Shown here piece after piece: positions 47,920 through 61,701 of a stretch of 64,000 bases of DNA. Numbering within the stretch: position 1 is the first letter of the stretch; the number at the start of each line of letters is the position of its first letter. Position numbers and translations under genes: made by a program. Source of the DNA: Basidiobolus meristosporus CBS 931.73 (lineage: Eukaryota; Fungi; Basidiobolomycota); assembly GCA_002104905.1 (NCBI GenBank), contig MCFE01000153.1:1-64000 (forward strand), in the 5' to 3' direction. A model generated the notes under the pieces. The model had not been told where the DNA came from. It did not search any database and saw only the letters and a list, made by a program, of their open reading frames with translations.

Positions 47920-49771
47920 TTATTTCTGTTGAAACTTCAGTTGTACCTCAATTGCCAGTTGTATTGACCTATACAAGTCTCTATACCCTACAATAACATT
48001 AAGCCCAACCCCACAATCAAAAAGTAACTCCATTAAAATCCACCACTCAATAAGTATTTCTGCTGTAATGCTCTGTTTCCACAACTTTGGCGGCAACCCA
48101 ACAGCTTTATGCCACTGTTCATTCACTGGTTCCCACATGTCCTGGTCTTCAGCTGGCACTGCAAGGTCTAGCTCCTCATCTGCAAGTCTTTGCAATAAAT
48201 CCTTGCAATATTCCATTGCGTTTTCTTGGGCACTGCTTTTGAAGAAGTGCTGCAACCTCTTGGTGTGCCTATTAATGTTCCAAAACTCCACAGAAGGCAT
48301 TGTGATAGTCTTTTGAGCTCTTGATGTTGCAGCCTTGTCTGTCAGTGGGATCTCCACTCTGTCAACAATGGAGGCTGTGGTAGACAAATTGCCTTTTTCA
48401 GCAAACTCATCTACCTTGCTGGAGTGTAGCTCAACTGGCTGCGCTTCCAACTCTTGTTAAAACAGCTGTTTTCTTGTTGGTAATTCTTATTGGCTATGAT
48501 GGGATTCCATCTGTTCCTGGCTTGTGGCATTGATTGGCAAGAACTGCAGTTTCTTTTGCATGCCTCCCTGTCTCAGGCTTTGGTAGACATTTTTCCCTTT
48601 ACCTTTTCCTTTATAACTGCCTGGTCTTTCACTGCTTCTTTGACTGAGTGCTTCTTGAGTGGTACTATGCCTTTTCCTTGATAAATGTTGTGCTGGTGCA
48701 TCTGTGTCTGCCTGCTTGTCCCTAATTGGCACTCTTTCCGCTACCTGATGTCTCTTTCACACTTGTCTAGAGCTTTTGGCCCTGCTTGTAACAGGCTCTT
48801 GAGGAAGCTGCTGGTTTTGAGCCATGGCACCCTGGTTCTTCTGCCTTTGATAGCTACTACTATTCTTAAGATACTTTCTTAGCATACCAATGCTGGCCCA
48901 ATATCTATTTGCCCATTTGAATCCAGGATAATGCTCATGGAACAAGTCAAGTGCATTTGCTTGGTCTTGAGTTCCTGATGGTCCCATGGTATGCCAGCCT
49001 AAAGGTAGTTGTGTGCTAGACTTCTGACAGCCTCTTGTATATTAGCTCACTCTTTATTATTGCACTCAATGGCTTCACATATCTTCAATGTCTTTTGATT
49101 TTTAGGCTTTGGTATAAACACCACATTGTCACCCTCCCATGCTGTGATAGGTTTTTCTGTGGGCTTTATCTTGTGGTACTGTTGTTGTGCTTCAAAGACT
49201 GTATAGTGTTCTTCTGCTGTTACATTGGGAAATGTCTCAATTCTTGGCTATGGCATTGAGCTACTTGAGTTCCTTCTTTGCAGCAAAGATATTGCTTTCT
49301 CTACCTGGGATATTGATTGCTCTACACATATTATCTGCTCATCCTGTTTCTGGCCTATTTCCTGATTTCTCTGGGCCATTGCATCTATCCTATCAGCCAC
49401 TGCACCTAATTGCTTCATTAATGCTTTGGTATGAGCTGACAACATACTTGCTAATATGGGTGGTGGTGATGTTATCATGGCCACTTGCTGATCTTCAACT
49501 GAGGGTACTGCGCTTGCTACATTCTCATCTGCCTGGGCATAACAGTCAGCTTGTGGCTCCGCAGAAGTTCTCAATTGCCTACTTGACTGAGGGCCTGAGG
49601 AGTCCACATTATTACCTTCAATGGGCACACTGTCCACAGGGCCTTTTTGGATGTAGCCCCACTTGTTGCACTGAATGTCAAAGCAAGCTGTTGTCCAACT
49701 GTTCTTCTGTTGCTGTCAGCAGTGGGGTTTGGTTGAGAACCAGACAACTTTGCTTTATTTTTTGGCGCCAT
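47920..49771 (-). pseudogene. Decayed accessory ORF, probably of the CACTA-like element
   Basis: Collinear fragments including a coiled-coil-like stretch (KALMKQLGAVADRIDAMAQRNQE) and ALDLFHEHYPGFKWANRYWASIGMLRKYLKN. It is divergent from the transposase, and a second copy lies at ~56825-57400. Confidence 0.5.
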
Positions 49772-50299
49772 ATATATGGGAGTGAGTCAAACCAAAGGGG
49801 AAGTAGTGTTACATATACATGTGTATGTGGTGCCACAACTTTATTTATAATGCTTCCTATGGCAGGTCATCATTGAATCTTACATTCATGTAGGTGCAAT
49901 GTCTCAAACACAGGACTGTCTTAAGTTCATAAGAGTATTGACCAAAAAGTGATATAATAGCGTTACATTGTTGAAGGTCAAACTGTTTGCCCCATGGACA
50001 AGACTACTTTGACTTAATGCTGTAAGAGAAGAGAAAAAAGACCATGTGGCTATTGTGGCAAGCCTCTCAGCCATGAAGCATGCAGACAGCATAGGATATA
50101 TTACAAGGATCACAGCCAGTGTTTTGCCACCCAAGTCATATTTGACCATTCATTGGTCACTACTGTACCAGCATTATCTTGCCAGCCAGTTGATACTTCT
50201 ATATTGGCACCTGGCCGTCTTTGTCACCTTGCACAAACTCAGTCATGTGAGTTTGTGACACATTTAGGCTCACCTCAGCCTTTTGAATTTGGGATGCAG

Positions 50300-52650
50300 A
50301 GTGATAGCTCTTACAAAGAAGGTTCACTGATGGATTTTGAGCCTATCTCCCCTAGAAGCAGTACCACATATGAGCCTGGTCAAATCCCTATATGCAATCA
50401 GACAATACCTGTTGAAACAAATGCTAAGGATACTTTATGGAGCCAAGTGAGCCCAGTAATCCATCTACTGGTGAATGATGTAATGTTGTGGCTAGAGAAG
50501 TGGTGTGTTTCCACTAATATCAGTAAAGGTGGCTTTGAGGATTTATTACTACTTCTTGCCAAAATCATATCAGGATGCAACTTACCATGTACATGGTACA
50601 AGTGGACACCCATCATGTGGCTGGCAACATATGATCCAGAGACTGTACTGATTCCAGTATGCGTTAGCAGTTGCATGGTATTTGCATCCAAAAATGCTGC
50701 CGTTGCAATGTGTCCAAATTGTCAGGAATCCATCACCATTGAGGGAAAACATTGTTCATACTCTGGATACATTCCAGTTATACCCTGTCTGAGGAAGCGG
50801 ATACAGTCCAACAAATATTACAAAGCTATACAGTACCACACTCAGTGTCAATCAGGTGCAAACATATCCAATATATTTGATGGCAAACATTACAAACAGC
50901 TAAGAAGCAAGGGCTACCTTGAAGGTGTGTAAGACCATGCCTTTACCTTAGCACTTGATGGATTCTCATTAACAAGTACTCTACCAGCAAATCCTGCTGG
51001 CCACCGATTCTCATCAATCTGAATCTGCTGCCCATTATATGGTATCAGAGCAATAACCTGATGGTAGTCTCACTGGTATCTGGGCCAAAATCACCATCCA
51101 ACCTGGATAGCTACCTGCATACATTGCTGATGTGAGTCTTGTATGCTTCTAGTGGGATAACCGTAAATGGCCATCATGTAAATGCGCATATTATTATCTG
51201 CATTGGAGATACCCCAGCCATTAGCAAGATAGCAGGTTTTTCCTGGCACAATGGATGGTATTGCTGTCAAATGTGTGAGATCTAGGGGATTTGCTCCATA
51301 ACTCACACACATTATTATTAACCAAACACCAGCACTAAGAGCATCATCTTTCCACAAAGAGAATGTACAGAAGTAAGGATGCAATTGCAGCAAAGTTGGC
51401 AAGCTATAAGCCATTGGCCAGAATATGGAATCATTTGGAAACCAGAGATACTTAAGATAGAGGGTATATATTGGAGCAAAAACTTTCCACTGGGAGCAAT
51501 GCATTTGCTTTTCCACAATATCCCTATACTGATAACCAAGTTGTACATGGGGCATTTCAAGCTAAATGAGCCCTTTGAGATACCAGAGAAATTTGAAAGA
51601 ATTGGCAAGATATTACAGAGTATCCGCTACCCTAAGTACTTCTCACGGGCTCCAATTAATATTCATATGCATATGCAACAATGCAAATCCAATGACTGGA
51701 TGAACTGGATATGTATTTATTCAAGTGGTGTTCTGAAGCTATTCCTACCAAGAGTATATTGGAAGCATTGGGAGTCATATGTGGTCATTGTAGGAATATT
51801 TATCCAGAAGTGGATAACCAATGCCAACTTGACGCATCTACAGCTGTTGTGTGAGGAGTTTATGACAGGATTTGAGCAGCTATACTACAAAAATAAAGCT
51901 GAACGCGTAGATCTCTGCCACTAATGTATCTAATCTCCACTCCATCTAGCACAGTGTGTGGAGAATATTGGGCCTTGCTTCTCCTTTTGGGAGTTTCCTA
52001 TGGAGCAGATGTGTGGGGAGATAGGAAGACAAGTCATGTGGCAGGTACTACCATATCCCAATCTCATCAAGAATATTACCTTCAAGTCCATCATGGATAT
52101 GATGAGTTAGCACATGGAGGACAGCCAGAAAGAACTGGAGAATACTGAGGACAAATATGCATATGGAGACACCTATGTCTATGGTATTAAGAAGCTAAGC
52201 AGCCCCAATGTGTGGGTAATCAGTTAAGTAATGCAAAGTTGGGTTGGGTGCAACAAGCAACTAATTCTTATCACAAAAACTCTAGCAAGATATGTCAGAT
52301 TTCTCATGGTCACAAGCCAACTTCTACACCATTCAATATGGAATTCACACAAATAAAAGCCAGAACACACCTATAAGGGGGATTAGAATCCAGCAGGGAG
52401 AAGGAATATATTGGCTAAATACCAAGAAGTTCTTTGCGGATATTCAGGAGGTATTCATGGCAGAGGTAGCAACAACCAATCCTATGTTTGCAAGATATAT
52501 ATGTTACCAGCAGTACAAGGTATATGGCAACTTTGCAAGTATCACACTAAAAAGCTGTGAAGTTGAGGTGATAGAAGTATGTCAATTGCAGCAGATGTGC
52601 ATGTTTGTAGAGGTTAGTAAGCAGGAGGCCATAGTTTTTTTTTGACTCAA
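50300..52650 (+). mobile_element. Decayed CACTA/En-Spm-like (Transposase_21/Tnp2) transposase
   Basis: Cys cluster CVSSC..CPNC, IFDGKHYKQL, LALDG, a DIPAISKIAG segment, and MHLLFHNI. Across a frameshift the frame reads HLAQCVENIGPCFSFWEFPMEQMCG. Many stops and frameshifts. Confidence 0.8.
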
Positions 52651-53165
52651 ACTATATGTGGAATACCCAAGGTAGTAGTGGGTAAGCAAATAAAGAGGGG
52701 TGATTCTACAGTTGAGTATAGGAATTGCACAAGGGGAGGTAGAAAAAGGAATTACCATTTGGTAAGTTGGTACAGTGGCATTATACAGAACCAGCAGTAG
52801 GCCATCATACTGCCAATATAATGCTGTCAAAGTCTTGATGTGAGGCCATTGAAATACCATGAAGCTTCTTGCCATATAAGGCAATTGGATATCCTGGGCA
52901 ACTGGATCCATGTAAAATAGTAATAGAGTGCTGAAAGACCGCAGCAATACTATGCAAATATTGTTACAGCACTAATAAAATATTGTCAAGTTTTATCCCT
53001 TTAGTTGGTTGTAAAATTAGTGAAACACTGTTATGATCCCATCATAAGATTGTTAAGAGGGTCACTAACTCCAAGCTGCTGTAATTATGATGGTCTCTAA
53101 GCAGGATCTTGATGGCTGATCCAAATCAGATCCACCCGTGGGACCAAATTATTTTCCATAGGGAT
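52472..53165 (+). repeat. ~690-bp segment duplicated in direct orientation at 56131-56820; partial inverted paralog at ~53860-54130
   Basis: Shared blocks such as ATGTTTGCAAGATAT and AACTATATGTGGAATACCCAAGGTAGTAGTGGGTAAGCAAATAAAG. Confidence 0.85.
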
Positions 53166-54459
53166 ATGTGGTTATAGGACTCTTTTGATGATAACTCCTT
53201 CAATACTGCTTCAAATGAGCTGTAACTTGAAACTTGTGTTGGCTACTGCATGTGCTGTATAACATAATAATCTTGGGTTGATTGCTGGTCTGGGTCTGGA
53301 GTATTTGTCCTTCAAGGTTGGAATTTCTTGATATTTCATTTGTGTGTTACAATAGCAAAAGCAAAATAAAGAAATGAGTGCAATATAGGTCATGAGGTAT
53401 TGTAGTAATGGAATACTTTTCATTACCACAGTTCCCAGCCAGATTAATATAAGCAGCCTACCACAGACTGGTAAGGGGAGTCCAGGCTTATAGATGGTAC
53501 CAGGCTCCCAAGATTTGGTTGAATTTTGACCAAGCTATGGAAAAACTCCCTTGAGGTAGCTGCTGGTTTATGGCCTTTAATTTGTTATCTCTTAAAAATA
53601 CCTTGAGTGTACTTGGACTGTTTGAGAGTGATAGTCAGTGAGCTTCTCCCTACAGAGAATTATCCCAATGTGGTATCCTTGCTTTCTAAGATTGGATCCT
53701 ATAGAATATAATACAGTCCCAAAGGCAGATCCAATCCCAATCAGGACATCAGGATCCTACAATGAGACTGTCCTAATGCCAACAGCTTTGAATTATTGCT
53801 CTGCTAAATAGTCTAATGGTCAGATCATGATGATATCTTGCTGTTTCAGTGCAAAATAAAGTTAAAATAAAATTGATAGTGTTGTGATGCTCCTTTGGCA
53901 AGAATTGTATGGCTTTTTGACAGCCTTAATGCAGCCTACATTTATGTCAGCAGTTCTATTAGGGCAATATATGTTATTGACTATGTGGCAAAATCTTGAC
54001 AGTGTTTTGAAAGACTTACTGTGGACCTCAGTTAGCATTATTATGGCAGTAAGGTGGCCTACAGCTAGTTCTGTACAACACTGCTGTATTAACTTAATGG
54101 TGTTTTCTTTTGCTGCCTCCACTTGAACCATTCATATATTCCATTATGGAGTCACCACACTTGATTTGCTTACACACAAGTACCATGGGTACTCCACTTA
54201 CAGTTCAAATGAATAAAAACCATGGCCTCCTGCTTACTAACTATTGCATTGTGGTAGGGTAAACATACCTCCCACAGACAAGTTTATCAATATAGCAATC
54301 TTGATGCACTTATCCATATTTTATCTTATCAGTATTGTCCCATTCTTCTTTTGCCCATATTATTAGTATTATCCCCATGTGATGTTTGCCCTGATTAGTT
54401 ATTAGCATTAGTTATCCCAGATGTTATTCAGCTTTGTGATCAGTATATGTATCTACATT

Positions 54460-55910
54460 AGGCAAGTACCTGCGTCAATACCCATGACATATGACCTTAG
54501 TCTGTGTTACCATCCCTACCATTTCAATACCATATATGGTATCTTTATGTTGTACAGGTTTCACACTACTAATCCCTGATTGGTTGGATGTATTTTGCCT
54601 TTTAGAATCTTCCAGGACCTTTCTGGAGTATTTTTAGGTCATAGTGATGTCATTGAGAATTCTATTGATGCCTGGAATTTTCTAGAATCTTGTCATAAGT
54701 AATCACTTGGCAATCAGGAAAGATTTATAGGGGAAGTCAATCACTCATCAATAATCATCCCTTCTATTAGTGACACTTTTCCCTTATTGATTAGCAGTTG
54801 ATTACAGCACCTGCCTTCAAGAGTTATATCTCAGATTTGCCATCAAGGGGCTTTTCAGGGTAGTGTGCACAACAAACAGAGGCCTTTGGAGACACTTGGA
54901 GCACCTAGAAAGCTAGAGAAGCAGGTGCTATACCTTAGTGACATATTGACAAAGACACCAGCAGCTTAGGCCCAGATGGTATTGCATACATCAGACACCT
55001 CACACACCTTGATTTGTGTGGCTTCTGCCAGGAGTATCTCTACACCAACGCTGTGGTGGTGTATAGGTCCAATGGAGAGATACATCCAACACTTCTCAAG
55101 TGTTTTGTGTGTGGGGTGTTCACTGGGTGCAATAACCTCTGGCAAAAGCTTGCTAGGAATACTTGGGCTCTGCCTCTAATCTAATGTGAAGGGGAGTAAA
55201 GCCACAAGCTTGTCAAGGGAAAACTATTGAGCTACAATCCCCAACTTAGTTGGCGTCTTAACAAAAGTATGTGCTGGGTTCAGCATCCTTTGAGATGACA
55301 ATGAACTAATGCTTCCAAAGTCAAAACAACTGTAAACTCCACCAGCAGGGACTTGATAAGAATGCAGCTGTGGTCAATAGTTACAAAGACAGAAAAGTAT
55401 CTTTGCCTGTACAAGAACAAACTTGGGAAAGAATCAAACCTAATAAAAGATACCTACTCTGAGTATTCCTCACAAGTAGTGCCTCCAAGGTCAGTTGGCT
55501 GTCAGCACGGTTTCCTGGGAGTGTCCTGTGGTCTGGGGTTGGAAGTTCAGGTAGCAGCAGGTAGCAGTGGTCACACTGATCAACAAGTTGGTATATTGAT
55601 AAAAGGGATGATGATTTATTGTTGAGGGATAGCCTCCCTTATATACTTTTCTTACTGGCTAAGTGATTACTTATCATGGTGTTCCAGAAGGTTGCGGATA
55701 TCAATAGAAATCTTAATGACATCAGAATGACCTAAGAATGTTCTAAGTAGGTGCCAGAAGCTTCCAAGAGGCACAGCACATCCAACCAATCAGGAATCAG
55801 TATTCTGAAACCTGTGTAACATGGGGATACCATATATGGTATGGAAATGGTAGGGATGGTGACATGGGTTGATCATGTGTCAGGGGTACTGGCGTGGGTA
55901 CTTGTCTAAT
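54460..55910. repeat. Diverged inverted repeat pair (~54460-54770 and ~55600-55910)
   Basis: Shared blocks ACCATCCCTACCATTTC, ATACCATATATGGTATC, CCTGATTGGTTGGATG and ATAAGTAATCACTT in opposite orientations. Confidence 0.8.
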
Positions 55911-56130
55911 ATAGAAGTACTTATAGCTAGTAATCTTACATCAAGTGAGGGGTAACTTATGCAATAAGGTAAGCAGGTGTGATAGTCAACCGGCTTATGG
56001 GATAGTACTGACTGGGTAAGACAAATGGGAAAAAACTAAAATAAGTGTAGTAGAGATATAGGGAAGTAGAAAATAAGGGAATGAGCACATCTGTCAGTGG
56101 GTGTCACTGTCACCCCACTACACCGCAGTG

Positions 56131-57400
56131 ACAACCAAGCATATGTTTGCAAGATATGTATGTTACCAGTAGTACAAGGTATATGACAACTCTGCAAATA
56201 TCACATTACAAAGCTGTAAAGTTGAGGTGATAGAATTATGCCAATTGCATTAGGTGTGCATGTCTGCAGAGGTTAGTATGCGGAGGCCATAGTTTTTTTT
56301 GATTTGAACTATATGTGGAATACCCAAGGTAGTAGTGGGTAAGCAAATAAAGTGGGGTGATTCTACAGTGCAATATATGAATTGCACAAGGCAAGGTGGA
56401 AAAAGAAAATACCATTTGTTAAATTGGTATGGAAGCATTGTACAGTACTAGCTGTAGGACACCATACTGCCATTATAATGCCTTCAGAGTCTTGCTGTGA
56501 GGCTGTTGAAATATTGTCAAGATTCTTGACATATGAGGCAATTGAATGCCCTGGCTGGTTGGATCCATTTAAAACAGTTGTAGAGAGCAAGAAGGCTGCA
56601 ACAATGCCATGCAATCATTGTCACAGCACCAATCAGATCCTGTCAGATTTGTAATTCTATTTGGCAGTAAAATTAGCAAAATGCTGTTGTGATCCTGTCA
56701 TAGGATTGTTGAGAGGGTGACTAGTTCCAAGCTGCTGGTATTACAATGGTCTCTAAACTGGATCCTGCAGCTGATCTAGATTCGATCCCCCATGGGACCA
56801 AACTGCTCTTCATGGGGATAAACAAGGCAATCAAGCACAGTGGCTGATAGGATGGATGAAGTGGCCAAGAGAAATCAGGCAATAAAACAAAATCAGGAGA
56901 GGCAGATAATGAATGTAGAGCAGTCAATATCCCAGTTAGAGAATGCAGTATCTTAGCTGCAAAGAATGAACTCAAGTGGCTGAATGTCACAGCCAGAAAC
57001 TGAGCCATTTTCCAATGTAACAGCAGAGGAACACTCCACATTCTCAGTGCCAAAAGATAATGCTCAAAGAAAAACCTATCACAGCTTGCAATGTGGACAC
57101 TGTGGTGCTTATATCCAAGCCAAAATACTAAAAGACATTGAAGCTCTGTGAAGCCATTAGGTGCAATGTTAATGAGTGGCCTAATGTTCAAGAGACTGTT
57201 AGAAGTCTAGCATGGCATCACCTCAGGGCAACCATACCATGCAATCATCAGGAACTCATCCTTAAGAGCTTGTCACAAGCAGGGCTTAAAGTTCAAAACA
57301 AATGCCAAAAAAATATCAGATAGCCAGAAGAGTGCCTTTGAGAACAAACAGGCAATAACAGATGCATCTGTGCAGTACATATTAACAAGAATATGTAGTC
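56131..57400 (+). repeat. Rearranged second copy of CACTA-relic segments
   Basis: 56131-56820 matches 52472-53165 directly; 56825-57400 matches ~49430-48690 in inverted orientation with an internal deletion. Confidence 0.75.
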
Positions 57401-57899
57401 CAGTACTAGAAGCACCAAGCTACTATATCAGTGAAGGACTTTACAGTGATAGAAGCCTGCAGTTTCTCAGGAGCCAGTTGCAAGCAAGGCTTAGATCTTC
57501 AAACAAGCAACAAATAATTGTCACTGCTGGGAGAATGCTAACAAGGGACAAGCAGCCAAAGCTGGATGCACAAGTGCAGCATGTATCAATGAGGAAGTGT
57601 AGTGCAATAGAAGAAGCACTCAGTCCAAATTACAGTTAAACACCTTGCAGTCATGAAGTTAAAGGGAGTAAGAAAAAGGTCTGCCCAAGCCTAAAACAGG
57701 GAGGTGTGAGAGTAAGGCTGCAGTTCTCACCAATTGATGCCATTGTTATGATCTACCACTTCAATGTTTAAGTTTTATCAGTTGTTAATTAAATCAAATT
57801 GTTTATGTTTAGCCTATCAGTATATCAGTTTTATCCATCAGATCAGCAGTAGTAGTCAGCAGATGAATCAGCAGATCCATATCATACAGAAATAGATAT

Positions 57900-60800
57900 A
57901 TTACGCATCATATTATTGGGTGATGATTATGCAATCATTTGAGTCATGAGCTACAACCTACATTGGGAAATACCATTAGTCAGCAATATATCTGGCAAAA
58001 CCTATATAAGGAACTACTAGAACATCAGTAAAAAGCAGTTCACGTTTCAGTTGGCTGTTTTGTGCAATTGCAAGTAATAGCTACACCAGCATAACATTAT
58101 ACATACCCAGTAATAGAGTGTCTGTCACTGAGATCCCTACCCCAATCTGAGTCACTATAGCTATTAAATTTTTGCCTATTGGTGGCTCCAGAGTATTTCA
58201 GTACTATATTTGTGGTACCTTGAAGATATCCCAACAACCACTTATCTGCTGTACTCTGATTTGATCCATAATTATGCATAAATTGACCAACTATTCCAAT
58301 TGCCATTGCAATATCTGGATATATATATGCCATTAGGTACATGAGGCTACCAACCATTCATTGATAGGGAACATTTTGCTCCATATTTGAGCCTTTTTCA
58401 CCTGAAACTGGCTGAGATTTGCTTAGTTTTAGGCTATTGTCCATTGGGGTAACTGCAGGCTTGCAATTTTACATGTTGAAGTGTCTAAGAGTATCCCTGA
58501 TGTACTCAGACAGATTCAGCACAGTTTTCTGCATAGGTATGTTGAATTTGACTTCAATTTCTACAAATTAGCTCAATTTTCAAGTTCTTCAATCTCAAGC
58601 TTGCTGAGGAGATCAGATTTTGTCTGTTTAAGGGCTTCCTGGTCACTTGTAGCCGTTAATGGGTTGTCCACATACAGAACTAGGACTACTACACCTTTTT
58701 TGAGCTCTCACATACATATACTCTGACTTGCAGTGCTATGAATGAACACAATCTCCTCTAGATATGTGTCAATTGTGTTATAGCACGCTCTAGGTGCCTG
58801 CTTAAGCCCATACAACAATCTCCTAAGTCTGCACACCTTATAAGGGCCTCTTGGATTAGTAAGACCATCTGGTTACTCCATGTATATAGTCTCCTGCAGA
58901 TCTCCACTAAGAAAGGCTATTTTGATGTCCATTTGGTGTAGATCTTGACTGTATACAGCTGCCAGGGCTAAAACTGTCTTAATGATGTTGAACTTTGCAA
59001 CTAAAGCAAAAGTCTCCTCAAAGTCTAGTCCATGGAGCTGGGAATAGTCCTTGGCCACCAATTTAGCCTGTACTTATCAAGAGTACCAACTGAGGTTATC
59101 TTGTTCCTGGAGATGCCATCTACATCATGTTGGCTTTCTCTCATTTTGCAAATCTACCAGTTCCCATGTTTTTGCCCTAATCAGTGATTGGTATTCCTCC
59201 TGCATGGCTTGTTGCCACACTGAAACATCTGGGCTTTTCATTGCCTGTTCTGGAATCTGAGGTTGTGCACATAAGGCAAAATAAGCTTCTTCATGATCAT
59301 TACACGTCTGGCACCAGGATCCAGCATCATTTCTATTCTGGTAGTTCTCTTTACAAGGCTAATCTGCACTGATCTGAAATTGGTAAAGTTATCTTCCTTA
59401 TCTGGCTGAATTAGGTACATATCTGTTAGTATTAGAGTGATACATTGGAAGTGAAATGGAGCATGAGGCAATATACATGATATTGATTGTTGATTTATTG
59501 AGTTGCAACATACTACTCATACCTAATGCTAAACTATGCACCTTTAGCAATGATTTCAGTTGCCTTCTGATCTGAGACTCCCCTGAAATACATCATCCCT
59601 ACTCTTGATCATATTCTTAACTTTCCCATTGTACACTCTATACCCTGCAGTATCCTCACAATGCCTAAAAAAGATCCCTTTCTTACTCTTTGGTTCCAAC
59701 TTTAGGTGTTTATTGTCAGGGATGTGATAAAAACATCACTGCCAAAGATCCTGATATGCCAGAGGTCTGGTTTTTGGCCTGTATATTTCAGAGAGTGTTG
59801 AGTCACATAGTGCTGTTGTTGGGCATCTATTCTTGGTGTAACCTGTGGTGGCAACAGATTCAGCTAAAAACCTGTAGTCCATTCCCTTATCAGGTAGCAT
59901 GGATCTTCCCATCTCTACTATTATTCTGTTTGATATTCTGTTTCTCCATCTTGCTGTGGATCATGTGGAACTGTAGTCTGCTCCAGCAAACCAGTAGATA
60001 TGCAGTACTTTGCAAACTCCTTTAAGCAGTATTCCCCTCCATTGTCACTTAGTAGTATCATCAATTTACAATCAGTTTGTGTTTCTGTCATGTTCTTGAA
60101 GTGCTTAAATCTCTCAAAACCCTCATCCTTTGTCATGAGGAAGTGCACCCATGTATATCTTGCCTTGTCATCAATAAACATCATAGAGCACCTCTTGGAC
60201 TCAAGGTCAGTGTTCTCATGAGACCACATATGTCTGAGCACACAACAGCCAATTTTCAGTGGTGCTGGTGCCTTCCAAGCTCCTGAAACATTGCTTAGCT
60301 CAATCACCATATAAACATCCCATACAGACACTCAATTTGACCAGAACTGAGCAAATTAGGCCTAAAACAAGGTGATTCTTCACCAATTAGCGCATGTCTG
60401 TTCCACAATGTGCTCTAACCTCCTACACCACATCTCCTAGCTTGTTTCATTAATTAAGCAAAGTTTGACATACTCAGGAACAATGATCCTGCATTATAAC
60501 CTGTATATATTGTGATCCCTGATTCCCAAAGTTAGATTTTGTCCATTTTCACTCAATATCAAGCAGCTCAGCTTAGTAAAACAAATTTTAGTCCCTGAGT
60601 AGTTGCATTACTGACTGGAGAATAAGTTTGTAGCTATTGCTGGGACATAGAGCACTTCAGTGAGATTGGCTGTTGTTACCCCTGAGATATCACTCATATT
60701 TAACTGTATAGACCCACTGGAGGTAGCTTCCAGTGCAGAGTTGTTTCCCAGATAAACCTTTCTTACAGGAGTAGTCTTCAAGTAGCTGAGCCGCTATATA

Positions 60801-61701
60801 TACTGCAAATATGCTGTGATACTCTGAAGTCAATGCACCATTCATTGTTTGGTTACTTGCACTTTCTTGTACAATTACAAATAACTGTTAATTAGCAGTT
60901 ACATGGTTTGCCTGCTCTAGTTACTGTTTTTTATCTGCTTGTTTCTCTATGTATCCTCTTGCCCAATGTACTGGCTGCTTACAGTAGTTTCAGCAACCAG
61001 GTTCTCTTTGGCTTTGTTGCTTTCCTTTCTTTTCTGTGTGCCTTTCTGAGCTGGAGAAAGTATTAACTTCTATTTTTGCTTCTTAATCATTATGTCTGAG
61101 TTCTTCACAAAGAAGTCCTCCTTTGACAAAGTCTCAAGTCAGATTATCTTCTCACCTTCTCTTCCAGTTACTATATTGCAAAGCTTTCTTTCCTCAATAT
61201 AGATTTGCATATTACTTCTTCAAGGTCTATAGTTATTCCCATAAATCTTTGCTTGGCAGGAAAAACATTTGTATTGTTTTGTCTGCTGGTAGATGTCATC
61301 TTTGAGTAGATTAAGGCAATTGGGGCTCATAACCTGTTGCAATTTCAGAAGTAATATCTATATACAGGCTCTATCAAGAAATAGTGAAAATAGTTGAACT
61401 GCTGTGTATGCCTAAGAATGCTCAGCATTTATACTTTTGTAGAATTAATACAACTGTAGCACTTGATAAGGAGCGCTTCCCAAAACTCATGCACATTCTG
61501 TAACAGTTTTGGGGTTAGTGCATAATGTTTGGTAAAGTGATAAAATGATCTTGATTATAGGGGAATAATCAGTGGATCATAGATCTTGAGAAAGTGGCAA
61601 GTTTAGGGCTCTAAGTTAGCCCTACAATGCCCAAGACTAGTCCAGGATTGTCAAGTAAAGTTAGGGTGCTGAATAATACCAAATTGTCCAATATTTCAAC
61701 A
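57900..61701 (-). mobile_element. Degenerate Ty1/copia element, family 2 (5' LTR 61335-61701; no 3' LTR seen)
   Basis: PBS GGTTATGAGCCC (61323-61334), zinc-knuckle and protease relics, integrase (SDNGGEY), RT (QMDIKIAFLSG) and RNase H start (YSDSDWG). Confidence 0.9.
61335..61701 (-). repeat. Family-2 LTR (367 bp) shared by two elements
   Basis: PBS on its left side and PPT (GAGGAGAAG on the minus strand, 61702-61710) plus an RNase H C-terminus on its right side. Confidence 0.88.

Noticed and set aside
49187-49876. 229-aa hydrophobic plus-strand ORF (and similar 56721-57191)
   Set aside because: Antisense shadows of the decayed accessory ORF; CpG loss and strand bias explain the openness and hydrophobicity.
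46900-54775. TGTCACTAATA / TATTAGTGACA as CACTA terminal inverted repeats
   Set aside because: An 11-bp inverted match is expected by chance over this span of AT-rich DNA, and there is no direct-repeat TSD.
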